From a virus, in IMG/VR virus record IMGVR_UViG_3300027861_000001, positions 64,001 to 128,000 of that record: 64,000 bases of DNA; one strand, 5' to 3'. Positions 63,196 through 64,000 of the stretch are shown here, piece by piece (position 1 is the stretch's first letter; every line of letters begins with the position of its first letter). The notes beneath the pieces are model-generated. The model was not told where the DNA came from. It worked only from the letters and a program-made list of their open reading frames with translations, and did not search any database. Made by a program: the position numbers and the translations under genes.

Positions 63196-64000
63196 TACAA
63201 TACCTCCATAATTAGTCTGTCATCGTCCGAAAATCCCCAAGTATCAGTGTTAGTGCTGGTAGTGAAGTGTTGCATAGCAAACTGAACTGAGTTCCAACCA
63301 CCTTGTCCTCCCCCTCCACCATCACAAGTATTATCATGCCCTATATGAAACACTGGTATATCCCACCTGCCTTCTATGTTGTAACCATTTAGAAGTGCCT
63401 TCTTCTGTACATTACCGTCGGCGTATCCTCTTCCAATTAGGGACTCTTCAAATCCTTTAATACTGTACCAAATGTCTCTGTGAGCAATTTGAAAATCTCC
63501 GTTACCGTTTACTAAAGTCCAAATGTCTCCCTCACAAACTGCTGTAGGCCCTTGCTGTCCCCTCCCAGGTTCGCTAAATGGGTACATGTTGTTTTCAAAT
63601 AACCTTGTTAGCGTTCCTTGTACATCATAACCAACGTCACCAACGTCTCTGATGTGTTGTAGCGAAAGCATATTCTTGGCGGCAGGAGAGAAAGTATCTT
63701 TGCTTGAAAAGCGTTCTAAATAACCCCTCCTAGGAACAAGAACATCTATATTTGTAGAAACGATAAAATCGGTACTTAACCTTCTGATACCGATGTTTCT
63801 TCCTAAAACTTCAGTGACTACTTGTGGTTCTATTTTCTGTGGGTTTAGGTTATTCCTAATGTATTCATGTGCTTTGTCCTTACTAACAACCACATATTTT
63901 AATTTAGATTTATTAAGTAAATTATGCTTTACGTCGTCAATAAGTGGGTAAGTTTCAGATGCCCAATCTACATACACAACCTCATCAAATGATGTTAACA
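63195..64000 (-). CDS. Glycosyltransferase-like protein, N-terminus outside the window
   Basis: VDW, RNIGIRR, STNID, GDFQ, GFEE...GY.D. Confidence 0.7.
   Translation of the reverse strand, partial: LTSFDEVVYVDWASETYPLIDDVKHNLLNKSKLKYVVVSKDKAHEYIRNNLNPQKIEPQVVTEVLGRNIGIRRLSTDFIVSTNIDVLVPRRGYLERFSSKDTFSPAAKNMLSLQHIRDVGDVGYDVQGTLTRLFENNMYPFSEPGRGQQGPTAVCEGDIWTLVNGNGDFQIAHRDIWYSIKGFEESLIGRGYADGNVQKKALLNGYNIEGRWDIPVFHIGHDNTCDGGGGGQGGWNSVQFAMQHFTTSTNTDTWGFSDDDRLIMEVL

Noticed and set aside
1-64000. Stop-codon reassignment
   Set aside because: Long genes are intact in the standard code, TAA, TAG and TGA all end genes, and no suppressor tRNA was found.
1-64000. Archaeal virus
   Set aside because: Despite Hjc-like and short ThyA genes, the sigma70 promoters, bS21, RecA, DnaB and long-arm tRNA-Tyr indicate a bacterial host.

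Overview
This window is 64 kb from the interior of a large, AT-rich, tailed dsDNA bacteriophage. It is siphovirus-like: it has a tail-tube gene, a frameshifted tail chaperone pair and a tape measure, and no sheath or integrase is seen in the window. Essentially every real gene is on the minus strand, so transcription runs from high to low coordinates. In that order the modules are: (1) 64000-57400, a sugar-nucleotide, glycosyltransferase, methyltransferase and B12 radical-SAM cluster placed just before the head genes; (2) 57400-31900, head (protease, scaffold, decoration, major capsid), neck, tail, tape measure, baseplate and a large repeat-containing fibre; (3) 31900-17100, replication and nucleotide metabolism (SSB-like, intein-containing primase, DnaB, resolvase, ThyA, family-A polymerase, dCMP deaminase, RecA, Cas4/AddB-like nuclease); (4) 17100-1300, an accessory region with 21 tRNA genes (one degenerate) interleaved with about 50 small ORFs, including bS21, ClpP-like, NADAR, YopX and HNH; (5) Ig-like or structural-looking proteins at the left edge. 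The host is bacterial (sigma70-type promoters, long-arm tRNA-Tyr, bS21), and several proteins hint at Dehalococcoidia/Chloroflexota, which is an inference. The most unusual signals are: a family of at least 11 otherwise unrelated small proteins sharing a C-x2-C-x2-R-[FY]-x-C-[WYFI]-T tag, mostly right after tRNA genes; a DIP1984-like helical protein followed by a ~290-nt closed, structured non-coding element with 7-8-nt repeats; and systematic tRNA/CDS interlocking (stop codons inside tRNAs, ATG directly after tRNA C74, and C74+purine in place of CCA). All family assignments come from motif recognition by eye, not from database searches.
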